Positions 28,462 through 37,626 of a DNA stretch of 64,000 nt are shown one piece after another. A program made the position numbers and the translations under genes. The notes under the pieces are model-generated. The model ran no database searches. It was given only the letters and a program-made list of their open reading frames with translations, and was not told where the DNA came from. Numbering within the stretch: the stretch's first letter is position 1; each line of letters opens with the position of its first letter. The DNA comes from Candidatus Latescibacterota bacterium (GTDB lineage: Bacteria; Latescibacterota; UBA2968; UBA8231), in the NCBI GenBank assembly GCA_963422735.1, contig OY730476.1, positions 704,001 to 768,000 on the forward strand. The letters are read 5' to 3'.

Positions 28462-29412
28462 ATGAAAAATCACCTAAAGATATTGTCGGGTTCGAGCAAT
28501 CCAGAACTGGCCCAAGAAATATGCGATTACTTGGCCATCACGCCCGCTCGTCGCCAGATTGTCCGGGAGCCCAACGACAATATAAAGGTTAAAATTGAGG
28601 AGAACGTGCGCGAAGACGACGTCTTCATCATCCAGACGTCAGCATCCCCGGTCAATCACCACTTCATTGAACTGCTGTTGCTAATCGACGCGCTTAGGTA
28701 CGCATCGTCGCGCCGGATTACGGCCGTGCTACCTTATTATCCTTATGTGCGCTCCGACAAAAAGGACGAGCCCCGCATTTCTATTAGCGCCCGCCTCGTC
28801 GCCGACCTGCTCCAAATAGCTGGGGCCGACAGGATCTTGACGATCACCTTGCACAGCCCACAAATCGTGGCGTTCTCGCGGATTCCGGTTGACCAACTGT
28901 GGGCTACGAGCCTACTGTGCAATTTCATGCAGATGAAAGACCTCAGCAACGCCGTAGTCGTGTCGCCCGACGTGGGAAGTGCCGATGAAGCCAGCGCGTA
29001 TGCGCGTCGGCTCGGCTTGCCGCTGGCCATTATGGACAAACGCCGCCACGCGGACGACGAAAAGGCCGAAATCAAAAATATGATCGGCGAAGTCGAAGGC
29101 CGCGACGCCTTGCTCTTCGACGACGAGGTACTGACAGGGGGGTCCATGATAGAGTCGATACGGGTCCTCAAAGAAAGGGGCGCGCACCGAATATTGGCCG
29201 GTTGTACACACGGCGTTTTTTCCGGGCGCGCCCTAGAGAGGATTGATGCCTCCTCGGTGGAATCGTTCGCCACCACGAATACCATTCCCTTGCCCGCGGG
29301 CAAGCCGAGGCGCAAAATCGCCGTATTGAGCGTCGCCCGATTGTTGGGGGATGCGATCAAAGCCATTCACCACGGTGAATCAGTGAGCCGCTTGATTGAG
29401 TGGGAGGGCTAG
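28462..29412 (+). CDS. prs: Ribose-phosphate pyrophosphokinase
   Basis: PYYPYVRSDKK, VVSPDVG, DKRR and DDEVLTGGS. Confidence 0.92.
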   Translation: MKNHLKILSGSSNPELAQEICDYLAITPARRQIVREPNDNIKVKIEENVREDDVFIIQTSASPVNHHFIELLLLIDALRYASSRRITAVLPYYPYVRSDKKDEPRISISARLVADLLQIAGADRILTITLHSPQIVAFSRIPVDQLWATSLLCNFMQMKDLSNAVVVSPDVGSADEASAYARRLGLPLAIMDKRRHADDEKAEIKNMIGEVEGRDALLFDDEVLTGGSMIESIRVLKERGAHRILAGCTHGVFSGRALERIDASSVESFATTNTIPLPAGKPRRKIAVLSVARLLGDAIKAIHHGESVSRLIEWEG

Positions 29413-29415
29413 GTG

Positions 29416-29577
29416 ATGCCAAGTAGATTGAGTATTTTCTCTGAGTTATGGGATTTTATGAAGGTCCGCAAAAAGTGGTGGTTGGGGCCGATATTTGTCA
29501 CTTTGATCCTGTTAGGGCTGTTAATTGTCACAACTCAAGGGTCGGCGGTAGCTCCCTTTATTTACGCGCTGTTTTAA
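29416..29577 (+). CDS. DUF5989/SxtK-like small membrane protein (53 aa)
   Basis: Hand-translated MPSRLSIFSELWDFMKVRKKWWLGPIFVTLILLGLLIVTTQGSAVAPFIYALF. Confidence 0.85.
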   Translation: MPSRLSIFSELWDFMKVRKKWWLGPIFVTLILLGLLIVTTQGSAVAPFIYALF

Positions 29578-29603
29578 AACTTATAAAAATTAATATGTAA
29601 AAT
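29576..29603 (+). repeat. dif-like site B: AAAACTTATAA-AAATTA-ATATGTAAAAT
   Basis: Fills the whole gap between the DUF5989 stop and the apt ATG; 20 bp identical to site A. Confidence 0.65.
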
Positions 29604-30114
29604 GAATATAAAAGAACTCATCCGCGAAATCCCCAATTTCCCGCAAGACGGCGTCTCATACAAAGACATCACGCCGCTGCTCAAAAGCCCCGCTGGTTTA
29701 TCCGTCGCGGTCCAAACCATGCTTGCCCCCTTTGCGGACGCCGGAGTGGACCTAGTCGTGGGCATAGAGGCCCGTGGATTTGTGTTCGCGACGCCCATAG
29801 CACTCGAATTGGGATGTGGTTTTGTGCCAGTGCGCAAACCGGGCAAGCTGCCGGCGGCCACGCTGCGCCGCGACTACGCGCTCGAATACGGCGAGACATC
29901 CTTGGAAATACACACCGATGCTATCGCACCGAGGCAAAAGGTATTGGTCGTGGATGACGTTTTGGCCACCGGCGGGACCTTGGTGGCAACGTGTCAAGTG
30001 CTTGAAAAACTAGGGGCGGTCGTCGAGGGCATCAGCGTTTTGGCCGAGTTGAGCTTTCTGTCGGGCCGAGACTTGTTGCGCGGGTACAAATTGGAAAGTG
30101 CTATCGTCTATTAA
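29602..30114 (+). CDS. apt: Adenine phosphoribosyltransferase
   Basis: KDITPLL, EARGF, RKPGKLP and VDDVLATGGT. Confidence 0.95.
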   Translation: MNIKELIREIPNFPQDGVSYKDITPLLKSPAGLSVAVQTMLAPFADAGVDLVVGIEARGFVFATPIALELGCGFVPVRKPGKLPAATLRRDYALEYGETSLEIHTDAIAPRQKVLVVDDVLATGGTLVATCQVLEKLGAVVEGISVLAELSFLSGRDLLRGYKLESAIVY

Positions 30115-30150
30115 AACCCGTACCTAAAACTTTGGAGACTCCATACCTTC

Positions 30151-30819
30151 ATGTCGAGTGAACGCCGTAAACTGAGCAAGAGCGAACTCCGCGAAGATGA
30201 GTTCGTCGAATGGATCATGCAGGCCGTCGAGTACGTCAAGGAGCGCGCCCGCTTCTTTGGCAGTGGGGTCGTTGCCGTACTCGCGGTCATTATGGCCATC
30301 AATTATTTCATCGAGTCCAAGGAGGCCGATCGGCTCAAAGCGGCGGCCCTACTCGGCGATGTGCTGAGGGTCGAGCAAGGCGGCGAGCCGACCGAGGCGA
30401 TCCGCTCGGCCGAAGAATTGGTGTTTTCCTATGCCGGGACCCCGGCTGCAGCCCAAGGAAACGTGCTTTTGGCCAATCTCCACTATGCACAGGGTCGCTA
30501 TGCCGAGGCTCGGGGCTATTACCAAAGCTACTTGGACAACTATGAGCCTTTGGATGTGTTGGTCTATGCGGCCCAAAGCGGTCTTGGTGCCTGTCTCGAA
30601 GCCGAAGGGCAGCTCTTGGCCGCGGCCCAGCACTACGAAGCCTATGCGGCCCAACAAGCCGGGACCATCCACGAGGCCATGGCGCGGATGGAAGCAGCTC
30701 GCATATATGGGTTGATTGGCGAGCGCGACAGGCAACAAGCTCTACTCGAACAGGTCAGTCGCACGTTCGCTCAATACCCGATTGCTGCTCAAGCCCGTGC
30801 TGCACTAGCCATGTTCTAA
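30151..30819 (+). CDS. Membrane-anchored TPR protein (YfgM-like)
   Basis: ELREDEF N-terminus, single TM, TPR helices. Confidence 0.7.
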   Translation: MSSERRKLSKSELREDEFVEWIMQAVEYVKERARFFGSGVVAVLAVIMAINYFIESKEADRLKAAALLGDVLRVEQGGEPTEAIRSAEELVFSYAGTPAAAQGNVLLANLHYAQGRYAEARGYYQSYLDNYEPLDVLVYAAQSGLGACLEAEGQLLAAAQHYEAYAAQQAGTIHEAMARMEAARIYGLIGERDRQQALLEQVSRTFAQYPIAAQARAALAMF

Positions 30820-30827
30820 GAGGCTTA

Positions 30828-31754
30828 TTGATGGGGAGTACGGATCTCAAGGTTTTCGCCGGGCGGAGCAATTCCGCACTGGCTGAGGGCATTTACCAAT
30901 CGCTGGCCATCGAGCCGGGGCGCATTGAGTTCATCGACTTTAGCAATGAGAATATAAAGGTAAAGATCTGTGAAAACGTGCGCGGTCGCGATGTATTCTT
31001 TATTCAAACCTCGTGTCCGCCCGTCAGTTCCTACTTGATGGAGCTGCTCATAGCTCTCGACGCCCTAAAATACGCCTCGGCTGGCCGCATCACCGCGGTC
31101 TTGCCGTACTATCCGTATGCTATGGCCGACAGCAAGGACGAGCCGAGGATTTCCGTGGCGGGCCGCTTGGTGGCCGATCTGATCGCCGAAGCCGGAGCGG
31201 ACCGGATTCTCACCATGACCTTACACAGCCCGCAGACTATGGGCTTTAGCCGGATTCTAGTGGACCAACTGAGCGGCGTCCCGGCGATATGCGCCTATTA
31301 CGCCGACCTCGACCGAGACAACTTGGTCGCGGCCGCTCCAGACATCAGCCGCGCCAAGGTCACCGAGACCTATGCCCAGCGGTTGGGGTTGCCCCTCGTC
31401 GTCGTTGATCAGGGTGCCGGGAAAAACAGAGTTATTGGCGACGTAGCCGACCGGGATGTCGTATTCTTCGACGACGCGATCATTACCGGCACTTCCATTC
31501 TCAAAGGAGCCGCCGCCGTCAAGGAGTGCGGGGCACGCAAAATCTACGCTGGTTGCGTCCACGGCACCCTAACCAAGGAGACGATAGCCCGGCTGGATCA
31601 ATCCAGCCTCCAAGCTCTCGCCATTACCGATACGATTCCCCTGTCGGCGGACGCCCGCACCTCCATGATGCAGGTGTGCTCCGTGGCCCCTCTCTTTGCC
31701 AACGCCATCCGCGCTATCCACGAAGAAACATCCATTAGCGCACTATTCAACTGA
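30828..31754 (+). CDS. prs: Second, divergent ribose-phosphate pyrophosphokinase paralog
   Basis: Prs fold motifs present, but YAMADSKD and a shortened loop lacking KRR. Confidence 0.85.
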   Translation: MMGSTDLKVFAGRSNSALAEGIYQSLAIEPGRIEFIDFSNENIKVKICENVRGRDVFFIQTSCPPVSSYLMELLIALDALKYASAGRITAVLPYYPYAMADSKDEPRISVAGRLVADLIAEAGADRILTMTLHSPQTMGFSRILVDQLSGVPAICAYYADLDRDNLVAAAPDISRAKVTETYAQRLGLPLVVVDQGAGKNRVIGDVADRDVVFFDDAIITGTSILKGAAAVKECGARKIYAGCVHGTLTKETIARLDQSSLQALAITDTIPLSADARTSMMQVCSVAPLFANAIRAIHEETSISALFN

Positions 31755-31765
31755 GGCGGCCCCCT

Positions 31766-32488
31766 TTGAAGATCGCAGTGCTCGCCGATATTCACGCCAA
31801 TCTCGAAGCGCTAGAGGCCGTATTGATCGCCGCAGCTAACGCCGGGGCCGAGCGCATTATCTGCTTGGGGGACATCGTGGGGTACGGTCCCGATCCTTTG
31901 GGCTGTATCTATCGGCTCAAGGAGGTAGAGGCACAGATCGTGCTGGGCAACCACGACCAAGCTGTGCTGGAGCCGATGCACATCCAGTCTTTTAACCCGA
32001 TGGCCCGCCCTTCGCTCTACCAAGCATGCGAGGTGTTGGGGGAGGAAGAGTGCGACTTTTTGCGGCAAGGGGTCTTTCGGCGCGTGGAGCGCAATGCGGC
32101 TTTATCCCACGCCAACCCCCTCAAGCCTGAAGAATGGGAACCCCTCCTCATGTACGATCGCGTCACTTGGTGCATGAGCCGACTCAAGTGGCCATTAGCT
32201 TTTGTCGGCCACACGCACGAAGCGCGCATTTATTGCAATATGCGCGACGACCCCGTGCCGCTGACCTCGGCCACGGTCGCCATAGGGGAGCACCAATACT
32301 TAGTCGCCGTCGGCAGCGTCGGCCAACCCCGCGATGGCGACTGGCGGTCAGCCTATACCCTGTGGGATCCCGACGAGCAATGGGTCGAACTCCAGCGCGT
32401 CGAATACCCGGTCAAGCTGACCCAACAGAAGATCGACAATCTCGGCTACCCCAACTATCTAGCCGAGCGCCTTGCCAAAGGGGAGTAG
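31766..32488 (+). CDS. Calcineurin-like metallophosphoesterase
   Basis: DIHAN, GDIVGYG, GNHD, GHTH and GSVGQPRDGD. Confidence 0.9.
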   Translation: MKIAVLADIHANLEALEAVLIAAANAGAERIICLGDIVGYGPDPLGCIYRLKEVEAQIVLGNHDQAVLEPMHIQSFNPMARPSLYQACEVLGEEECDFLRQGVFRRVERNAALSHANPLKPEEWEPLLMYDRVTWCMSRLKWPLAFVGHTHEARIYCNMRDDPVPLTSATVAIGEHQYLVAVGSVGQPRDGDWRSAYTLWDPDEQWVELQRVEYPVKLTQQKIDNLGYPNYLAERLAKGE

Positions 32489-32504
32489 GCAGAGGCGGGC
32501 GCTT

Positions 32505-33410
32505 ATGCAGGGCCGCATCATCAGAGTCTCTGGGCTACAGTGCCTCGTCGAGGTCGAGCAAAGCCACTGGCAATGCGAGATTAGAGGCCGTCTCAAGGCC
32601 GGATGCCGCAAGACCAGCTCTCCGGTCGTCGCCGGCGATTGGGTTGATGTCGTACCTACGGCCGAACGGACGGGCGTCATCGAAGCGGTACATCCCCGAT
32701 CTTCCAAGTTCTCGCGCGGAGCCAGTGGGACGCGCCCGTTTGAGCAGATCCTCTTTGTCAATATGGAGCAATTGGTCGTCGTCATAGCCGCTTGCCAACC
32801 AAGCCCCCGCCGCGGCTTTATCGACCGAGCGATTGTCATGGCCGTAAAGGGAAATCTCCAGCCCGTGGTCTGCATCAACAAGGTCGATTTAGTCTCCCCA
32901 GCGGCCGTGGGAACCCTGACCGCGCCCTACGAGGCCCTCGGTTATCCAATCTATCGCACCAGTGCCCTACGAGGCGACGGCATGGGCGCGTTCAAAGAAG
33001 CCCTGATCAATCGCAGTACGGCCGTGGTCGGTCAATCTGGGGTCGGCAAATCGACCTTGCTCAACGGCATCGAGCCGGGGTTGGGACTAAAGACAAAAGA
33101 AATAATGAAGCGCCACGACCGGGGCCGGCACACGACCACGACCGTGCATTTGTTCAAGTTGCAACAAGGCGGCTATGTGGCCGATACGCCGGGGGTTAAA
33201 GAACTCCGCTTATGGGGAGTAAAACCCGCCGAGCTAGAGACGTATTATCCCGAGCTAGACCCCCTGCGTGGCCAGTGTCAATTCGGCGATTGCAGCCACT
33301 TGCACGAACCCGGTTGCGCGGTTCGTGCGGCCGTGGCGGCCGGCCATGTGGCGTCGGCGCGCTACGAAGGATACCGGCGTATCTTCGAAAGCTTAAGTAG
33401 CGATGAGTGA
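32505..33410 (+). CDS. rsgA: Ribosome small subunit-dependent GTPase A
   Basis: NKVD, GQSGVGKS, GRHTTT, DTPG and C.F.DC.H..EPGC. Confidence 0.93.
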   Translation: MQGRIIRVSGLQCLVEVEQSHWQCEIRGRLKAGCRKTSSPVVAGDWVDVVPTAERTGVIEAVHPRSSKFSRGASGTRPFEQILFVNMEQLVVVIAACQPSPRRGFIDRAIVMAVKGNLQPVVCINKVDLVSPAAVGTLTAPYEALGYPIYRTSALRGDGMGAFKEALINRSTAVVGQSGVGKSTLLNGIEPGLGLKTKEIMKRHDRGRHTTTTVHLFKLQQGGYVADTPGVKELRLWGVKPAELETYYPELDPLRGQCQFGDCSHLHEPGCAVRAAVAAGHVASARYEGYRRIFESLSSDE

Positions 33411-34344
33411 ACTGACTATCAAGGATCTACTAGCCACCTACGGGCAGCAACTGAAGCTGAAGCTCATCGCCGGCACCAAGGGGCTACAGCGGACTATTAA
33501 CAACAGCGACATCCATCGCCCCGGCTTGGCTCTGACGGGCTTCGTCGAGCTGTTTACCTTGGATCAAGTGCAGATATTGGGCAATACCGAAGTGGAGTAC
33601 CTACGCAGCTTGTCCCTAGACCGACGGCGGCAGGCTCTCAAAATCATATATCAATTCGATATTCCATGCGTGGTCTTGACCAGTCGGGGGCGCGTGTACT
33701 CCGAGTTGCGGCAGCTAGCCGATGAGTGCGCGGTTCCGTTGCTGAAGTCCGAATTCAACACAGCCGAGTTTACCCATCTCATCCGCTTTTACCTCGACGA
33801 GGTGTTTGCGCCCCAAGTGTCCGTACATGGGACGCTGGTCGACGTCTCTGGAGTAGGGCTGCTCTTTCGCGGCCGCAGCGGCATTGGCAAAAGCGAGGTC
33901 GCCTTGGATTTGGTCGAGCGCGGGCATCGGCTGGTAGCCGACGATATAGTCATCATCAATCGCAAGCCCCAAGGTATTTTGGTGGGGCGTAGCTCGGAGA
34001 TGCTCCAAGACCAGATCGAAATTCGCGGCATCGGCATCCTAGACGTAAAGAAGATGTTTGGCGCGTGGGGGACTCGGCGGCAGAAGCGGGTGGAGGTATT
34101 GGTCAACCTCGTCGATTGGGATGAAAAATATGCCTACGAACGCCTCGGCCTCGAAGACAATAAGGTGGTAATCCTCGGTGTCGAGGTGCCCGAGGTCTTC
34201 ATCCCTTTGTTTCCCGGCAAAAATATCACGGTACTCGCCGAGACCATAGCGATAGATTATCTCTTGCGCTTGGACGGGGAGTACGCGGCGCAGGCGTTTA
34301 GCGAGCGGCTCCGCGAGCGGATTAAGGCGGGCAGGAAACCATGA
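33403..34344 (+). CDS. hprK: HPr kinase/phosphorylase
   Basis: HRPGLALTG, GRSGIGKSE, GHRLVADD and EIRGIGI. Confidence 0.93.
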   Translation: MSELTIKDLLATYGQQLKLKLIAGTKGLQRTINNSDIHRPGLALTGFVELFTLDQVQILGNTEVEYLRSLSLDRRRQALKIIYQFDIPCVVLTSRGRVYSELRQLADECAVPLLKSEFNTAEFTHLIRFYLDEVFAPQVSVHGTLVDVSGVGLLFRGRSGIGKSEVALDLVERGHRLVADDIVIINRKPQGILVGRSSEMLQDQIEIRGIGILDVKKMFGAWGTRRQKRVEVLVNLVDWDEKYAYERLGLEDNKVVILGVEVPEVFIPLFPGKNITVLAETIAIDYLLRLDGEYAAQAFSERLRERIKAGRKP

Positions 34345-35150
34345 TGACGCTCGGCGTGGCAGGCCATGCCCGCGAGGTAGCCGTCCATCGGGATGCCTTG
34401 CGGGGCTGCCGCGATATCCAGCTCGTACACCAAGCCGACTGCGCCGCGGTTTTGGAGCAGAAAATAGATGGCCTAGTGCTGTTGCACGTGGACGATAAAT
34501 CGCATTGGATCGGCGTGGCCATAGCGTCTGGTCTGCCCGTTATGGCTACCCATCCCGTACAGGATCCGTTTGCAAATAGCCATCCCAATGTGTGCGTGCT
34601 GTCCTTGGGGAGGCATACGCACTTTTGCACGGCTCTGGCCGCCCGACAGGGCATAGCGCATTATTCCTTGGAGCTTTCTTTTGATTCGGCTTCATTCGAT
34701 CCGATTGACCGCGCGACGATCTGCAACCAAGCAGCTTTGGACGTATGCGACTTGCTGCTGAGCACTTGGGGGCCGGTAGATGTGCTGTACAGTAGGATGT
34801 GCAACTTCTTTCATCCCGGTCGCATGGAGGACGTGTCGGTCGCGTTGCTAAGGATGCGCAACGGCGTCGAAGGCTCGGTTGCGCTCCTCGACTTTCCGGC
34901 TGTAGCCCCGGCTTTGCGGACCCGCGCGTATGCACAGGGCGAAATATTCGATACGTCTTGGCCTTGGGCATGGGAAGTGGACGATCTAGCGGTGTACTAT
35001 CGCAATTTCATCGCCTGTATCCAAGGGCGTACCCAGCCGCTGTTGGGTTTGGGACAGGTGGCCGAAAGCTATAGTCTTTTGGAATGGATGCGTATGTCGG
35101 CGAGACAAGATGCGGTTTTAAGCCGCAGACAAGTAAACAAGCGTTTATGA
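34341..35150 (+). CDS. Divergent Gfo/Idh/MocA-like oxidoreductase
   Basis: Weak EDVSVALLRMRNGVEG C-terminal pattern; NAD-binding and EKP motifs eroded. Confidence 0.45.
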   Translation: MMTLGVAGHAREVAVHRDALRGCRDIQLVHQADCAAVLEQKIDGLVLLHVDDKSHWIGVAIASGLPVMATHPVQDPFANSHPNVCVLSLGRHTHFCTALAARQGIAHYSLELSFDSASFDPIDRATICNQAALDVCDLLLSTWGPVDVLYSRMCNFFHPGRMEDVSVALLRMRNGVEGSVALLDFPAVAPALRTRAYAQGEIFDTSWPWAWEVDDLAVYYRNFIACIQGRTQPLLGLGQVAESYSLLEWMRMSARQDAVLSRRQVNKRL

Positions 35151-35154
35151 ATGA

Positions 35155-35182
35155 ATGTCTTATAAAATTTTTTATGTAAATC
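35155..35182 (+). repeat. dif-like site C: ATGTCTTATAA-AATTTT-TTATGTAAATC
   Basis: Right arm matches 9/11 of the B. subtilis XerD arm TTATGTAAACT; left arm 10/11 identical to sites D and E. Confidence 0.75.
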
Positions 35183-35207
35183 AAAAATAAAAATCAGCAT
35201 ATATATA

Positions 35208-35732
35208 ATGAATGAACCATCCACGCCACCCACATACTTCGCTCTTGCATTAGCAAGCTTCTTATTAGCAATCGTGTTGCTGTTCAACTTGCTCAGCCCT
35301 ATGGCCATGCAGGTTACCAAGGAGCAGTTCGCTCAGATAAGAGAGGCCGATCTCATCGAGTATCTGATCGTGCAACCCCGGGGATTTACTTGGCAGCTCA
35401 AAAGGGCTGTGCGCGTCCAAGGGACCAACGGCGCGACGATGGCGGAGCGTATCGCGCTAGCTGAGCCCGACCCAGCCGTGGCCGAAGATTGGCGACAAAA
35501 GGGAGGAGCGGTGCGCCAAGAGCAAGATACCTCTTGGGGGGGGGGTGCAGTCTTCATCGCCTTGTTGCTCAGCGTGGGGGGATGGCACATCTGGTCCCAA
35601 ATACGGCTGGATCTCAAAGGGGGAGGGGGGCCACGCCGCCGCTTGCGCGACTTGGAAACCGCGCTCAAACAAGGCAAGATTACCCAAGCCGAATTCCGGC
35701 AGCAGGCCGAGCGGCTCTGGGCCGAATTGTGA
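35208..35732 (+). CDS. Two-TM membrane protein with SHOCT-like C-terminus
   Basis: Two hydrophobic helices; L..GKITQAEF tail. Confidence 0.6.
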   Translation: MNEPSTPPTYFALALASFLLAIVLLFNLLSPMAMQVTKEQFAQIREADLIEYLIVQPRGFTWQLKRAVRVQGTNGATMAERIALAEPDPAVAEDWRQKGGAVRQEQDTSWGGGAVFIALLLSVGGWHIWSQIRLDLKGGGGPRRRLRDLETALKQGKITQAEFRQQAERLWAEL

Positions 35733-35738
35733 GGATAT

Positions 35739-37481
35739 ATGGTGGGTAGCATTCGCGTTCTCGACGAAAGTCTCATTGGAAAAATCGCCGCCGGCGAGGT
35801 AGTGGAACGGCCGGCCTCGGTCGTGAAGGAGTTGGTTGAAAACTCGATCGATGCGGGTGCCGCTGAAATCCGCGTGGAAATCAAGGCCGGTGGCAAGCAG
35901 TCGATTGTCGTGACCGACGATGGATCGGGTATGAACAGGGAGGATATTGCTTTGTGCGTACACCGGCATGCCACGAGCAAGATGGCCTCGGTGGCGGACC
36001 TGTTTCGCATTCAGACGTTGGGGTTCCGCGGCGAGGCCCTAGCCAGCATTGGTGCGGTTGCCTACTTGGCGATAGAATCGCGCACACAGCAAAACGAAGC
36101 AGGGACGCGCTTGGTCGTGGAAGGGGGGATAGAGCGAGAGATGCACAGTATCGGCCGAGCGCACGGCACGACCATTATAGTAAAGAACTTGTTTTTTAAT
36201 ACGCCTGCGCGACGCAAGTTCCTCCGGTCCGTCGATGTGGAAGCCCGCCACGTGGCACAGACCATCATCCATTTATCCGCTGGCTACCCGGCCCTTGGCT
36301 TTGAACTAGCACGAGAAGATCGCCAAGTCTTGAGCTACGCCCCGGCATCTCGTCGAGAGCGGGCAGCCGAGTTGTTAGGGATTCAAGCGGCCGAATTGTT
36401 GGATCTCGCTTACGAGGAGGAAGGTCTCAAAATCGAAGGAGTCTTGGCCGGTCCCGAACACTGCGGCCGAAGCAAGGGCAAGCAGTACCTCATCGTACAG
36501 GGGCGGCCCATTTCTTCGCGACTGATGGCCAACGCCGTACAGCGGTGCTTTGAGGGGCTGCTGCCCGAAGGACATCATCCGGTATTTATGCTCTGGATCG
36601 ATATGGATCCCAAGAAAATCGACGTCAATGTCCATCCGACAAAGCGGGAGATTCGCTTGGCCAACGAAGGGCAAGTCATCGCGGCCATTGATAACAGCGT
36701 CCGGCAGAAGCTCAGGCTGCCCGATATGCAATCCTTTGTCTATGCTGCGGCCCCAATTCTGAGGCCGGACAGGATCCGCGTGGGCGAACCGGCGTCGCCG
36801 GTGTTGCACAGCCTACCCGCACCCGGCGAGCCCGAGTTAGCAGCAACCCATGATGTAGATGATCAACTTTCTCTGACTCTCGTCGCTCCGGCCGCGGCCA
36901 GAGTCGCCATAACCGAAGACGCCGCGATGTGGCAGGTCCACAACCAGTATATCCTCGTCGAGGTGGCCGATGGCTTGCTCTTTGTCGATCAGCAGGCCGC
37001 GCACGAACGCATTAACTACGATCGGGCCATGGCGCAAATGGACGGCGTGGCCGGCGAGAGTCAGCAGTTGCTCTTTCCCATACAGCTAGAAATGGGCGCA
37101 GCGGATTTTGAGGTCTTCAACCAAGTGCGGGCCGACATTGCCAAGCTGGGCTTTGTCGTGCGGGATTTTGGTACGCGGACGGTGTTGGTGGAAGCTGTCC
37201 CGGCTGAATTGGATCGCTTTGGCGAAGGCGATGTTTTCTATCAACTACTGAACGACATGCACGATGGCCAGCATTCGGGCCGGTCTTGGCGCGAAGCACT
37301 CGTCTTGGCGTACGTGCATAAAGCGAGCATCAAAAAAGGGCAGAAACTGAACGCCGAGGAAATGGCACACTTGATCGACGAATTGCTAAAGGTTGACACG
37401 CCGCACATAAGCCCGACGGACAAGCCGGTTATGACGCGGATGAAGTTGGGCGATATGGAGCGTCTGTTGCGGAAGTTCTAG
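35739..37481 (+). CDS. mutL: DNA mismatch repair protein MutL
   Basis: IAAGEVVERPASVVKELVENSIDAGA, GFRGEALASI and DVNVHPTK. Confidence 0.95.
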   Translation: MVGSIRVLDESLIGKIAAGEVVERPASVVKELVENSIDAGAAEIRVEIKAGGKQSIVVTDDGSGMNREDIALCVHRHATSKMASVADLFRIQTLGFRGEALASIGAVAYLAIESRTQQNEAGTRLVVEGGIEREMHSIGRAHGTTIIVKNLFFNTPARRKFLRSVDVEARHVAQTIIHLSAGYPALGFELAREDRQVLSYAPASRRERAAELLGIQAAELLDLAYEEEGLKIEGVLAGPEHCGRSKGKQYLIVQGRPISSRLMANAVQRCFEGLLPEGHHPVFMLWIDMDPKKIDVNVHPTKREIRLANEGQVIAAIDNSVRQKLRLPDMQSFVYAAAPILRPDRIRVGEPASPVLHSLPAPGEPELAATHDVDDQLSLTLVAPAAARVAITEDAAMWQVHNQYILVEVADGLLFVDQQAAHERINYDRAMAQMDGVAGESQQLLFPIQLEMGAADFEVFNQVRADIAKLGFVVRDFGTRTVLVEAVPAELDRFGEGDVFYQLLNDMHDGQHSGRSWREALVLAYVHKASIKKGQKLNAEEMAHLIDELLKVDTPHISPTDKPVMTRMKLGDMERLLRKF

Positions 37482-37542
37482 CCGGTTATTGGAGTTTTAG
37501 CAGGATGGTTATTAGGGTGCCGACTTGGGCAACAAGTTGTCC

Positions 37543-37571
37543 TTGACTTTTATTTTCTTGTAAGTTATACT
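37543..37571 (+). promoter_or_regulatory. Sigma70 promoter of recombinase gene (TTGACT-17-TATACT)
   Basis: Near-consensus hexamers with 17-bp spacer. Confidence 0.65.
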
Positions 37572-37626
37572 ATCTATAACAGGCATTATCGGTAGTATAA
37601 AAACCAATAGCCCCTGCGAGCATTCA

